This document shows, piece by piece, positions 41,001 through 47,712 of a DNA stretch of 64,000 nucleotides. Below the pieces are notes generated by a model that was given only the letters and a program-made list of their open reading frames with translations, did no database searches and had not been told where the DNA came from. The DNA is from an uncultured Bacteroidales bacterium. GTDB lineage: Bacteria > Bacteroidota > Bacteroidia > Bacteroidales > UBA1402. Numbering within the stretch: position 1 is the stretch's first letter; every line of letters starts with the position of its first letter. The DNA is taken from NCBI GenBank assembly GCA_964502355.1, contig CAZCWK010000004.1:16470-80469 (forward strand). The letters run 5' to 3'. The translations under genes and the position numbers were made by a program.

Positions 41001-42693
41001 AGTAAATAATTCATATAATGTAACTCTTAATGGTACTGTCCGTTTGCTGAATAATCTTACTGCTACCAGCGGTTTGCTTGATGCCACTCCTACAGGTGCC
41101 ACGATGATATATGAAGGGACATCTGAACAAACAATAGCTTCTTCTCAATATGTTAATAATCAGGCTTATAATATAACAGCAAATAATGCCGCTGGTGTAG
41201 TCGTCAATACTAACTTCACTGTTTTGAACAACGCTGCGATTAATTCCGGAGATAAGCTCACGATACCTGAAAATATCGGATTGACTGTAAATGGTACAAT
41301 GACGAATAATGCCGGTAATGCGGGTTTATTATTAAAGTCTTCGATAATCGGTACAGCATCGCTTATACATAATTCAAACGGAGTAGCGGCTACTGTTCAG
41401 CGTTACGTAGACGGAGATAGCACTGTTTGGCATTTCTTAGCACCGCCGGTTAGTGGTCAGCCAATACATGGTACTTCATGGACACCATCGGGTAATTATG
41501 GTGATGGTACAGGTTATGATATGTATGTTTGGGACGAACATACTTCTTGTTGGGTTTATAATCTTAATACCACTGCTACACCTACATGGACTTCCATTCA
41601 TCCGGTTGACAATTTTATTGCTGGGAGGGGCTATTTATATGCATTACTGGATTCGGCTTCAACAAAAAGTTTTGCGGGAAACCTTAATAATGGAGTGGTT
41701 TATCAGACTTTGACAGCTTCTTCTGATTCTGTTCAGTTGAAAGGTTTCAACTTTATCGGGAATCCGTATCCAAGTAGTATTGACTGGTCTGTTAGTGCCG
41801 GATTCTCAAGGTCTATGTTATATAACAATGGAGGAGGATATGATATTTGGACATGGAGTAATACTGCTGAAAATTATGGAGTATATAATTCTGCTGATGC
41901 TGATGGCACTGGTACAAATAATGTAACTAAATTTATTGCTCCTATGCAGGGTTTCTTCGTGTATGCATCAACAGGTGGTACCTTTGGTTTCAACAATGCG
42001 GCAAGAGCTCATACAGGCGCAAGTACCTGGTTGAAGAGTGCGCCGGCCAGAAGTTCCGGTAAAATAAAACTTACTGTCAGTGCGCCGGAAAGCAAAGGCA
42101 GTGACGAGATACAAATGAGGTTCGGATATAACAGTAATGACGAAGGCGCATATAAATTATTCAGTAATGTAAAAACTGCTCCAAGTCTGTTTATACCTTA
42201 TTATAATAAGAACTATGCTGTAAGACGACTGACAACTGCAGAAGATAATAAGAAAACTCCTCTTTCATTCAGGGCAGGAGTAGATGGTAAATATTCTATA
42301 ACATGTCAGTTTGATCCGACTGTTACTGACAAAATATTCCTGGAAGACAAAATAACAGGCACAATACATGACTTCAGTCAGTCAGATACTTATACATTCA
42401 CGGCGAAACCGGGAGATTTGCAGTCCCGCTTTGCAATACATCTGGGTGAAATAGTCCCTGAAGATAATATTGACCTTTTTGCAGTTTATGCAAGAGCAGG
42501 TGTATTATATGTGGATTTAAGTAATCTGAATGACGAATATGAGGTTACAGTCTACGACCTTGGCGGTAAAGTGTTGCACAAAGCCAAAGTATTCGGTGGC
42601 GATGTAGAAGAAGTCTCCCTCAGCACCAGAGGTATTTACATGGTTTCACTCAGATCACAGAAGTTTTTAGTAACAAAGAAGGTGGTGTATTAA
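29047..42693 (+). CDS. Giant (4548 aa) T9SS-secreted surface protein: signal peptide, Gly-rich N-terminal domain, five ~700-770-aa beta-helix-like modules, C-terminal region and T9SS sorting domain
   Basis: A single uninterrupted ORF. N-terminal hydrophobic signal. Block TFTSSGAFSVPD..EITVQCWGAGGAGGG. Pervasive NN(I/F)-type short repeats rich in Asn/Gly/Ser/Thr. Type A T9SS CTD at the end. Confidence 0.85.
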   Translation: MMRFIIRKFNIYTPVIITIAVLISLFSFTSDLIGQTTQTFTSSGAFSVPDRVIEITVQCWGAGGAGGGSSTSSYGGSGGGGGAYSTGTISVVPNQSISYTVGLGGSGSTGNGTAGGSSSFSTLTANGGGGGGGGGDSGTRGAGGTASGGSTNTTGGNGVTGGTSGGKGGDGANGGTGGNGSTDNDGVAGNFPGGGGGGGEASGIWLWTTSKSGGAGANGQIKITYSTVNVVVSASSGSTTGYYKTLKNAFDKINDGTHKGNISITIYGDLTESSTALLNASGTGSASYNNVNIYPVVSGVTISGSIDGPLIKLDGADNVTIDGRVNNTGSTADLVIENTNTGSGAVTISMDNTAQNNTISYCTIKGSGGSDTNGTINFTSTGSNTGNTITQNNITKSSTAGRTNAVYSSGSNTGNTVSNNNFYDCWNVGASSNFINLASSASDWTIGGNSFYNTTTFLPAGAYEYYGINISNSASGNNFSITGNYFGGNAALCSGTMTIGNTSAQSVKFNPVNLSVGTTTPTSVQGNYIRGITMYSANNLPFTGINLISGLFNVGDETGNNIGQNTGTGSITINGYSTATVSYGINIATSNDVVVSNNNIGSITAANNNAAYGHSFYGIIKNAGAGTLTVSNNLIGSASTAGSINCSSAATGENQILSGISTTTSSALNFTLSGNTIANLSNATTRNHAENSVYGISCAGASTNVLSNNFIHHLSCSSTGTINVVSGIQLTNYSGGNTLKNNIISLGDGLNGKLYAINGIYDACNITNVYYHNTSFISGTITGSTSTNTYAFNNNSWINQGINLKNNIFANLRSGGSGTGKHVALKIMNVSPSVSDYNDLYVSGTNGITGINNTTSCQTLADWRTSTSKDANSISENPSFTITTGSTATEFMPGNDIYGTDLTATVPTDYFGTTRYTDPTMGAVERPLTYKVEVYNGSTLLASYMKLKSAFDKINDGSHTGALTIKLVGSTNEKAKAVLNASGTTTGGGTSSYTSINIYPTISGLKLAGNLNDALILLNGADNITFDGRVNATGSTLDLIIQNTNVLPGAVTLLLDNSAQNNIFQYNIIKGGGGASTNGTFVFGVNGNNSNNTISNCQLTNNGTRRQNTVYSATGNNTGNSMTNNQIYDIWSAGATSYAVNLGSGVSGWTISGNSIYETTTLTPSAANNYYGISISSTSGNGFTISDNYIGGQATQCGGSAMVLGSTSQSSIFYPLYINAGSATASSVQGNRIKNINYSSSSATPFYGIYISAGLVNIGTVSGNAIGDTTSTGNLTLTSGANAVSYGIYVSSASSVNVSNNLIGSINLATTYNSHGFTGIKKTAVAGSFTSGGNKIGSIATANNIRSISSNASQNIMGISTDGTGSNTISNNIIANINNTTGQGNSSMYGISASGAGTTTVSYNFIYNVSLSTTVITNKLAGIQTSSGSNTIYNNIVVLGGNITNGLYSINGLLSENASTDYFYHNTVYLSGSISGETSVYTNAFYKAVTGTAIIKNNILFNARSGGTGNGRHSAISLNSTTGVTSNYNVLYAPNTNGVVGAIVLDAYNATSYANISNWRNDSGGDASSFNIDPAFANAGGFVPANYKPSAAVLGENIISIVPYDFEGATRPITPTMGAFERIPGKVNVYSGLDYQASYTTLKRAFDKINDGTHTGALTVKISANTTENQTATLYNSGYTSGSKVSSYTSVLIYPTSSGITVSGSINGVLINLDGADKVTFDGRVNMIGSTPGMTISNTSTGASTVSIQLNNTAQNDTVRYCNILGGGGGAANATILFGTAGNNSNNVVENNNITNNGTRRANTIYSATGTNVSNIIRYNNIYNNWSASNNSYSINLGTGASAWTISGNSIYATTSFTSGAYSYYGIYISNTSGNGFEISNNYIGGGAPSCGGTALTIGTASSVMYPIYVNVGSTTATSIQGNTIKNISYTSSSATPFYGIYINTGLANVGTVTGNIFGDAATGSITLTGSANTPSSYGIYIASTAAVNVSNNIISSVTASNTSAANAHSFYGIYKTSGAGTLNISSNVVGHGSTASSVITSSASTGRGQILMGIYSAGTGAVTISDNTVANLVNSTTTSSASRIRGIQTDAGSNTITSNNIYNLTLQAVTSNTTGTDACQIGIHQGSATGAQTIEGNNVNTLTNNSSSVISVYGILFTGPTTGTNSVAKNYIYGFSLPNVNPTTSVAQSFVDGIYLASGTVNVTNNIVVLGNGITNNCTIFGIRNLTSSAVTVYHNTILINGTAATGVGWSFGLYENAGSTSVTRDIRNNIFWNTRTGGTSGSVHHCAIYINATTNLTLDYNDYGWVGSFFGEFTPGTYYADLASWKTATVKDANSINTDPLFLNPGGTAPENYKSGIQLQGINNTGVAYDFGNTERVEFTMGAWEYPASRVSVYISDVLQQNYFTLKAAFDAVNAGTHQGVLSIRINSNTNEPGTAALNASGTGSANYSRIVIYPTGPDITVNGNVNGPLVNFQGADNVFLNGSVYQTNTSPGLTVSNTNTGTGASTICFSESAQNNRVSYCILKGSGLGSGRGVVYYATSTSGNGNDNDTISNCNITASTAGRPLNTVYSSGTSGSENDNNFISNNSVYNFLNLANNSNGVLIDGNSNRFTISGNSFYGTATFTPTSASTFNIINISNTSGGGHVISGNYIGGSSALCTGSFVKSGNNNIFNAITINTGTAEATGVYGNVIKNISITNTGNADCKAINITSGLVNVGTAGGNTIGETTGTGSITLSNAATGGSLYGIYISGSNDVNCQNNLIGSLSTTSSNTANAVSLYGIFKTAIGGNTNISNNIIGSVTTENSISANSISSSNIQHVYGVYSAGTGQTTINANEIADLTNATTSTQYSFTRGIMTIDGSNTITNNTIHHLKTSSSQGENYTNVCLVGIFQVSETANTVQTITGNKIFELTNNTTVKIEIYGIFYKGPTTGSPTTHQIGRNFIHTFNLVSTTGAYIHGISMYSGTYTLSNNIVFLGNNITTGCSIWGLWNYSSSPIRIYHNTSYLTGTASSGTSFSYAMRDLSGSATDRKIKNNIFWDERVVSGSIYPHYAIYIENTNNLELDYNDYQFTQYIGKVGTTNYSTLASWQTGTGKDLNTIILNPQLTNLGGILPSDYQPNVTGLSGTPLSEIPTDFGFMERSTTAPTMGAWEYFSNPVEIWNGTIFRNSYPTLKGAFDKINDGTYKGPTGDLIIKIRGNTIETATATLYHSGYNSISNYTKLLIYPARSNIQVKGTLSAPLVDLNGADNVIFDGRLNGNASMYELMLLNDANTTSASTIKFTNSAENNTIRYCKVQGLTTATSGGIVYFSSSSSGNGNDNNCILNNKISIVDNNNNYRVINGVYSEGLSGFENNNDSIKNNEIYDTWSPGVSSNSINIASYSSGFVISGNSIYETTAFTPTAGYTYQAIRINNTSGTGFIISGNYIGGKAAQCQGTAMSLGINTSQSIVYQPIYINAGTSIATSLQGNIIQNIEVRSSNASPFSAIYVNGGTSNIGTSSANTVGSSTGTGSITITNSSGSANAKSYGVYLNTSGDVNINANKIGSITTASSSSTYGHDFYAIYKAAVSGVLTIANNIIGSTSTSGSVNTSSSSSNNNQLLCGVYTDGTGVTNIRNNTIANLLNSTTRNNVNNSVIGIRLNGVNSNANTVEQNFVYGLSCSNTATTSAANMLLGIYVNSGNASLINNIINLGQGISALFGIYGIVITGNSSYTNNIYHNTVYISGTATNTTSNTAAFYKINTAGQTNLKNNILFNARSGGTTGYHYAIYLPGSSNLTINGNDYYVNDTQGRLGYLSGGITTITAWRTATGQDVNSISTNPNFVSAGSTVAADYYPGLGVNLLGLSGTGVNVDYGSYPRSSSSPTMGAWERSNKWKGTTSIDWNTASNWTGNTVPAVDDNIIFDDAPFRPCYMDQDRFVTDIINAQSAFRMVTNGFNLNIKGNLVFTNGAQIDASATGSTVTFNGSSAQTIPSGTFYNDKVYNLTVNNSYNVTLNGTVRLLNNLTATSGLLDATPTGATMIYEGTSEQTIASSQYVNNQAYNITANNAAGVVVNTNFTVLNNAAINSGDKLTIPENIGLTVNGTMTNNAGNAGLLLKSSIIGTASLIHNSNGVAATVQRYVDGDSTVWHFLAPPVSGQPIHGTSWTPSGNYGDGTGYDMYVWDEHTSCWVYNLNTTATPTWTSIHPVDNFIAGRGYLYALLDSASTKSFAGNLNNGVVYQTLTASSDSVQLKGFNFIGNPYPSSIDWSVSAGFSRSMLYNNGGGYDIWTWSNTAENYGVYNSADADGTGTNNVTKFIAPMQGFFVYASTGGTFGFNNAARAHTGASTWLKSAPARSSGKIKLTVSAPESKGSDEIQMRFGYNSNDEGAYKLFSNVKTAPSLFIPYYNKNYAVRRLTTAEDNKKTPLSFRAGVDGKYSITCQFDPTVTDKIFLEDKITGTIHDFSQSDTYTFTAKPGDLQSRFAIHLGEIVPEDNIDLFAVYARAGVLYVDLSNLNDEYEVTVYDLGGKVLHKAKVFGGDVEEVSLSTRGIYMVSLRSQKFLVTKKVVY
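29731..40659 (+). repeat. Five tandem, diverged coding modules inside the giant gene
   Basis: Landmark (Y..LK.AFDKINDG(T/S)H.G) at nt 29791, 31894, 33979, 36277 and 38578, all in frame, with spacings of 701, 695, 766 and 767 aa. Each module ends in (P/F)TMGA(V/F/W)E. Confidence 0.85.
42466..42690 (+). other. T9SS type A C-terminal sorting domain
   Basis: ...YEVTVYDLGGKVLHKAKV...VSLSTRGIYMVSLRSQKFLVTKKVVY matches the usual CTD pattern (V.iYd..GK.v..., GiY.v.v, K.v.). Confidence 0.8.
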
Positions 42694-42794
42694 ATATTCT
42701 TCAAATTATCTGACTGCGTTCGTAGCAGATATCAGCAATAAAATTTATAATTATAACATATATGTTGTATATTTACAACAAATGTGTTGCGATT

Positions 42795-43295
42795 ATGGAA
42801 GAAATTATAGTAAAAAACATTAAACCTTTCGATACAAAAGGCAGTATCAAAAGGTCGATTAGCAGCGATACTGACAAATCCTGGGTTATTGAGACCCCGG
42901 TAAAGGCTTATCGTTGGAAAAACAACATTGAAAAGATAAACATTATCAGGGAAGGGATTCCTTATGATGCTTTTGATACATTAAGCAGACAACTAAATAT
43001 TCCTGTTAAAGCTACTCTTGCCATGATAGGTATGCCTCAAACGACATACAACAAGAAAAAAAATGAAAAATCGCTGTTAGATAGAAGAAATAGTGAATTA
43101 GTTATGCTGATAGTAGAGTTAATTCAATTCGGACTTGAAGTTTTTAATAACGAGGAAATCAAGTTTCAAAGATGGTTGAAGAAACCGAATATTTCTTTGG
43201 GTGGCAATTCTCCTGAAAGTATGCTGGATACGATAACCGGAATAGATGAAGTTAAGCACTGCCTTAACAGAATTGAATTTGGAAATTTTGCGTGA
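42795..43295 (+). CDS. Xre/MbcA/ParS-type antitoxin (DUF2384 toxin-binding domain)
   Basis: C-terminal FQRWLKKPNISLGGNSPESMLDT..GIDEV...L.RIEFGNFA. Start set at MEEIIV. A 4-nt ATGA overlap links it to the RES gene. Confidence 0.75.
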   Translation: MEEIIVKNIKPFDTKGSIKRSISSDTDKSWVIETPVKAYRWKNNIEKINIIREGIPYDAFDTLSRQLNIPVKATLAMIGMPQTTYNKKKNEKSLLDRRNSELVMLIVELIQFGLEVFNNEEIKFQRWLKKPNISLGGNSPESMLDTITGIDEVKHCLNRIEFGNFA

Positions 43296-43771
43296 TGAAG
43301 ATCTATAGAGTTGAAAGAGAAAAGTATATTGAAACCACCTTGACAGGAATAGGGGCTTCAATGACTGATGGATTCCGTTGGAACAGTTTATTTACCAGAC
43401 TTGTTTATACATCTGAAAGCAGGGCATTGGCTATGCTTGAGGTTTTTGTACATATGGATTTAAGTGAGGATTTACCTGCAGACCGGATTCTTGTTGAAAT
43501 ATTTATTCCTGATAATGTAATTATACAGGAAGTAAAAACAGAGGATCTTCCTAAAGGGTGGGATGCTAAGCCTCCTGCTGTCATTACACAAACAATAGGA
43601 GATGATTTTGTTATTCAAAAAACTGCTTTGATATTAAAAGTGCCGAGTTATATTGTTCCTGATGAATACAATTATCTGATTAATCCTTATCACGAAGATA
43701 TCAGTAAGCTGAAGATACTTAATATTGCTCCTTTGACTTTTGATAATAGATTGATTAATCCGGGTATGTGA
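43292..43771 (+). CDS. RES-domain toxin (MbcT/ParT-like NAD+-targeting family)
   Basis: 159 aa. GFRWNS...LVYTSESRALAMLEVFVH carries the R-E-S signature context. Confidence 0.75.
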   Translation: MMKIYRVEREKYIETTLTGIGASMTDGFRWNSLFTRLVYTSESRALAMLEVFVHMDLSEDLPADRILVEIFIPDNVIIQEVKTEDLPKGWDAKPPAVITQTIGDDFVIQKTALILKVPSYIVPDEYNYLINPYHEDISKLKILNIAPLTFDNRLINPGM

Positions 43772-43782
43772 TAATTATAGAC

Positions 43783-45312
43783 TCATTCATTAATTAACCA
43801 GTATCCGTTTTTTAGGGTTCCTTTGCGTTCCAGCAAGCCTGATACTTTGAGTTGTTTTATTATTCTATCCGCAGAACTGCCAGATATTCCGGCATTTATA
43901 GCAATATTCCTTATTGTGATAAGCGGATTATTATTTATCAATTCGATTACCTTTCCGAGTAGATCAGTAGGTGCATAAGATATCTTAGGTTCTGATAAAT
44001 GATTTCCAATAACGTTTTTTGGCTTAGGCTTTACAAAAGCCGGATGGATATAAAAATCCACCTCAAAATATGTACGTTCTTCGTCAAAAATAAATTCTGG
44101 TGAAGGTGAACCGTTTTCTCTTAATACTTTTTTAATTCTGGAAATTCCTGTTGCTTTACCCTCAGTTAAATCCAACTCTTTTAAAAAATCACCCAGTTTC
44201 CTGTTTCTATAGCGTCTGGGCTTAATTGGGCCTTTTGTAAAAGCTTCAGCTTTTATGGATCGGTCGGGTCCGCCATAATTAATTATTGCTATGTAGTTTG
44301 GATAAATCCTTACTTCTATAGGTTCCCTAACCTGGTAGTCTCTATGATAAACGGCGTTCGCGATTGCCTCTTCTAAAGCCTCCAGCGGATAATTCCATAT
44401 CCTTACGGCTTCGGCTCTATCTGACAACTTGGTAATTTTCTCCTGTAAAATCGTTGACTTACAAAAATCAATAAATCTTTTTATTTGGTTCTGAACCGGA
44501 CCGTCGATCGGCGGTCTTTCATAAAAAGCCGGATCATCCGCGCCGTTTGGAAACTCTACGACCTCAATTCGCGAATAAGGAAAAAACAAATGCGGCTTTT
44601 CGGAAAAAAGCATCAGAGAAATGTTTTTTGGATAAAGTGCTTCCGGAGGGCCTGAAACCAAATCCATTTGCAAAAGCAGATCCGCTTTTGACAAAGATTC
44701 AGAAAACTCAAACAATCTGCTCTTTGTTATTCGTAAATGGTCTCTTACCAGTGTTATGGAGATGTCTTCAAGAGATGAATTGGTGTTGACTCTGTCGTCA
44801 AAAGGTACTTTGCTAGCCAGTTCAATGAGTTCCTGTTGCTCCTGCAAATCCGCTTTAACAGAATTGGAATACTTCCTGATATAATAATAAAATCTTTTTT
44901 CTCTTGATGTTATTTGTTCAGGCACCTCATATGGGCGGTTTGGCCCTCCCGGTATCCAAAGTACAATGATATATTTCCCATAAATCTGTTCTATTGACAT
45001 TTTAGGCGTATATACCGGTCTAACCAGATTGTTGAAACCTATCATTTGCTTTTGAATATTATCCATCTGTTCTATCGGAATGCCTTTTAGCGGAAACTTA
45101 GCCACACCTTTGTCTTCTTCTACACCAATGATAATATACCCGCCCCCGATGTTTTCAATATCGTTAGCGAAAGCACAGATTGTTCTGTAAATGCTGTCAG
45201 GGTTCCAGCTTGCTTTAAATTCCAAACGGTCATGCTCAATGATTCGACCTTTAAGCAAATCGGGAATGTTAACTGGTAATGGCATATTTCGTTGTTTTTC
45301 AGTTATTGTCAA
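43783..45312 (-). CDS. AlbA_2 (Schlafen-like) DNA-binding / ATP-binding protein with a C-terminal winged HTH
   Basis: 509 aa. N-terminal E.DRLEFK...I.RTICAFAN...GGYIIIGV. Mid-protein HATPase_c_4-like EAIANAVYHRDY. C-terminal wHTH. Confidence 0.65.
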   Translation of the reverse strand: MTITEKQRNMPLPVNIPDLLKGRIIEHDRLEFKASWNPDSIYRTICAFANDIENIGGGYIIIGVEEDKGVAKFPLKGIPIEQMDNIQKQMIGFNNLVRPVYTPKMSIEQIYGKYIIVLWIPGGPNRPYEVPEQITSREKRFYYYIRKYSNSVKADLQEQQELIELASKVPFDDRVNTNSSLEDISITLVRDHLRITKSRLFEFSESLSKADLLLQMDLVSGPPEALYPKNISLMLFSEKPHLFFPYSRIEVVEFPNGADDPAFYERPPIDGPVQNQIKRFIDFCKSTILQEKITKLSDRAEAVRIWNYPLEALEEAIANAVYHRDYQVREPIEVRIYPNYIAIINYGGPDRSIKAEAFTKGPIKPRRYRNRKLGDFLKELDLTEGKATGISRIKKVLRENGSPSPEFIFDEERTYFEVDFYIHPAFVKPKPKNVIGNHLSEPKISYAPTDLLGKVIELINNNPLITIRNIAINAGISGSSADRIIKQLKVSGLLERKGTLKNGYWLINE

Positions 45313-45543
45313 TACCTGGCATGGAGCAACCAGATTAGTAATGCAAATATATAAATTAATTGTTTAAAATATATTAATATTTAAAATGTTTGTTTGAGGG
45401 ATTAATCATCCTATTAGGTATTGATTTTCGAGAAATACATATTTTAATAATAGAAGTTCAGATAGCAAATCTATTTGATAATAGACAGGATCCTGAAAGG
45501 TTTATTTGTAAATAAGCCCGGACTTAATATAATTACGTATTAT

Positions 45544-45570
45544 AGTTGAATGTTTCAGCGTGCTGAGTTG
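45544..45570. repeat. 27-bp direct repeat, left copy (AGTTGAATGTTTCAGCGTGCTGAGTTG)
   Basis: Identical 27-mer at 47713-47739. Weaker similarity extends ~30 nt upstream (TAAGCCC.GA...TAATT). Confidence 0.85.
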
Positions 45571-45716
45571 TTGACTTTGTGCGCTGAGTTTAGTGTGCCA
45601 TGCATGGCGCATCACTCGACAATGAGAGTCCGTTATGTTGGCTGGCAGTTGCAAATACCCAAAACTACTCTTTTTAATTTCAAATAAAGATTGTACCTTC
45701 GTAAAAATAGTCCTTA

Positions 45717-46856
45717 ATGCAAGAGTCAATTATCATACGAAATTTTGGTCCTATTAAGAATGTAGAGATCAAAGATATAAAGCCATTTACTGTTTTTATT
45801 GGAGAGTCGGGAAGTGGAAAAAGTACGATTATGAAAGTAATCGTTCTATTTCGTTGGATTTATAAGATGGTTAATATCCGTTCTTATTTAAAGCATGCAA
45901 ATATTACAGTGTCACCATTCAAATTTAATTTCAAAGAATATTTGGACAACGGAGGTTTTGAAGAAGAAGCCTATATACACCCGGATACTGAAATAATTTA
46001 CAAAAGAGGAAATAATGAAATTTCTTATATTGGTTCACTTAACACAAATGTAATTGTACCTGAAAACGATTTGAGTTTAGACAAAATGAGTTTTATTGCT
46101 GATAAGAGAAATATAGTACCTGATATTCTTGCCAATAATTCAAAAGCAGATAGTTTTTTTGTAAAAGAAACTTATGAAGATTTCAAAATTGCATACCCTT
46201 TCATTAGGGAATTGCCTATGAATTATTTAGGAGTAAAATATTCTCGCAAGAAAGTTGGTTCAATTACAAAGCATTTTATTGAAAGCACAGATGAGAATAA
46301 GAAATACCCTCCGATAAAATTGGAAAATGCATCTTCTGGCATGCAAACGGTAACTCCTTTGTCAGTTATAATTGAATATTTTGCCAAGCACTATAATTTT
46401 TCAAAATTCGGTGATAAAATTATCTTTAAATATCTGTATGAGAGTGATGATTTGAAGAAGTTTAATACTGGTTTAAATATCGGTGAAATAAAAAATAAAA
46501 ATGTTCATATTCATATTGAAGAACCTGAACTAAGCTTATATCCTGAAAGTCAGCGTAGTTTGATTGATTTTATTATTAATCGTTGCTTTATTGAAAAACA
46601 TAACGATTATAATATGACTGTTATGATGGCCACCCATAGTCCATACATTATCAATCACTTGAATTTGTTGATAAAGTCTTACGATAACGATAAATTGATT
46701 GAGGGGGCGAAACTAGATTATGATAGTATCTCTGTATATCAAGTAGACGATGGCACTTTGTATGATTTGAAAATTAAGAATAAAAGATTGATTAATACAA
46801 ATATTCTTTCCGAAACTATCAATAATATTTACAGTGAGTACAACGAGATAGGATGA
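45717..46856 (+). CDS. ABC-type (AAA_15/AAA_21-like) ATPase, candidate defence-system component
   Basis: Walker A GESGSGKST, signature-like ENASSGMQ, Walker B VHIHIEEPELSLYP and H-loop MMATHSPY. AT-rich relative to the flanks. Confidence 0.75.
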   Translation: MQESIIIRNFGPIKNVEIKDIKPFTVFIGESGSGKSTIMKVIVLFRWIYKMVNIRSYLKHANITVSPFKFNFKEYLDNGGFEEEAYIHPDTEIIYKRGNNEISYIGSLNTNVIVPENDLSLDKMSFIADKRNIVPDILANNSKADSFFVKETYEDFKIAYPFIRELPMNYLGVKYSRKKVGSITKHFIESTDENKKYPPIKLENASSGMQTVTPLSVIIEYFAKHYNFSKFGDKIIFKYLYESDDLKKFNTGLNIGEIKNKNVHIHIEEPELSLYPESQRSLIDFIINRCFIEKHNDYNMTVMMATHSPYIINHLNLLIKSYDNDKLIEGAKLDYDSISVYQVDDGTLYDLKIKNKRLINTNILSETINNIYSEYNEIG

Positions 46857-47527
46857 ATGAATTATTGAAATGTGATTTTATTACTCACTACAACAGAGAA
46901 CCAAATTTACCTGTTTCTTGTACATTGATTTTGAAATCAACTCGAAATACAGAATTCTCTCTAATAGATGATGATGCAATGATTTATTCTCTGGATGATA
47001 AGGATGGTGTGGCGAGATACAATAATATTGATTCGTTAGATGTTACTGTTATTAATTATGAGAAATTTATTACTACATTACCACCAAGAGTAAAGAATAC
47101 TGGGTCTATCGGAAGTAATATTTGTGATTTGATTGTTTATACAGACGACAAAAATTACTTTTTATTGAATGAATTGACAGACACCAAAACTTATCTTCTT
47201 TATGAACACGAAAGGTCCGGTGAAAAGGTGGAAGGAAAAATATCCAAAGCTAGACGTCAATTAAAACAGTCATTGGAAAATATAGTCGATGTACCTACGA
47301 TAGGGATGTATATCGAGAGTTTCAAAATTAAACAGTGTTGTTTCTTTAACAAACAAGCAAAATATGCACCGGAAGAGTTGAATGCGACAAAAGCGTTTAA
47401 TTCTTTAAATGCTATCTCATCAACAGGCAACTCTATGTCGAATCCTGACATTGAGAATTTAGGATTTGAGTATTGGGAATTTTATGACAACCAAACTTAC
47501 TTCATAATAAGTGACTCAATAAAATAA
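46853..47527 (+). CDS. Unknown partner protein of the ATPase, possibly PD-(D/E)xK nuclease-like
   Basis: 224 aa with a 4-nt ATGA overlap onto the ATPase gene. The pattern ICDLIVY-x11-ELTDTK resembles a D...(D/E)xK core. No other recognisable motif. Confidence 0.5.
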   Translation: MNELLKCDFITHYNREPNLPVSCTLILKSTRNTEFSLIDDDAMIYSLDDKDGVARYNNIDSLDVTVINYEKFITTLPPRVKNTGSIGSNICDLIVYTDDKNYFLLNELTDTKTYLLYEHERSGEKVEGKISKARRQLKQSLENIVDVPTIGMYIESFKIKQCCFFNKQAKYAPEELNATKAFNSLNAISSTGNSMSNPDIENLGFEYWEFYDNQTYFIISDSIK

Positions 47528-47577
47528 AAACTTGCGAAAGACTTTGCTTTATTCACGATTTTATCTCGCTATGCCTT

Positions 47578-47602
47578 ACGTGGATTCTTCACGTTTTTTT
47601 TA
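47578..47602 (+). terminator. Weak terminator after the ATPase cassette
   Basis: ACGTG-gattctt-CACGT followed by T8. Confidence 0.4.
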
Positions 47603-47712
47603 AAGACACGGGTAATTTAGCACATAGCAGTTATTGATAAACATAGAATATATAAATCCTATTAAGTGACAGTAATTACAGCTAAGCCCTGATTTTTGTA
47701 ATTGTGGGCTTA

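Noticed and set aside
45502-45729. 75-aa minus-strand ORF upstream of the ATPase gene
   Set aside because: It covers the 27-bp repeat and palindromes of an intergenic leader. It has no motifs and overlaps the ATPase start.
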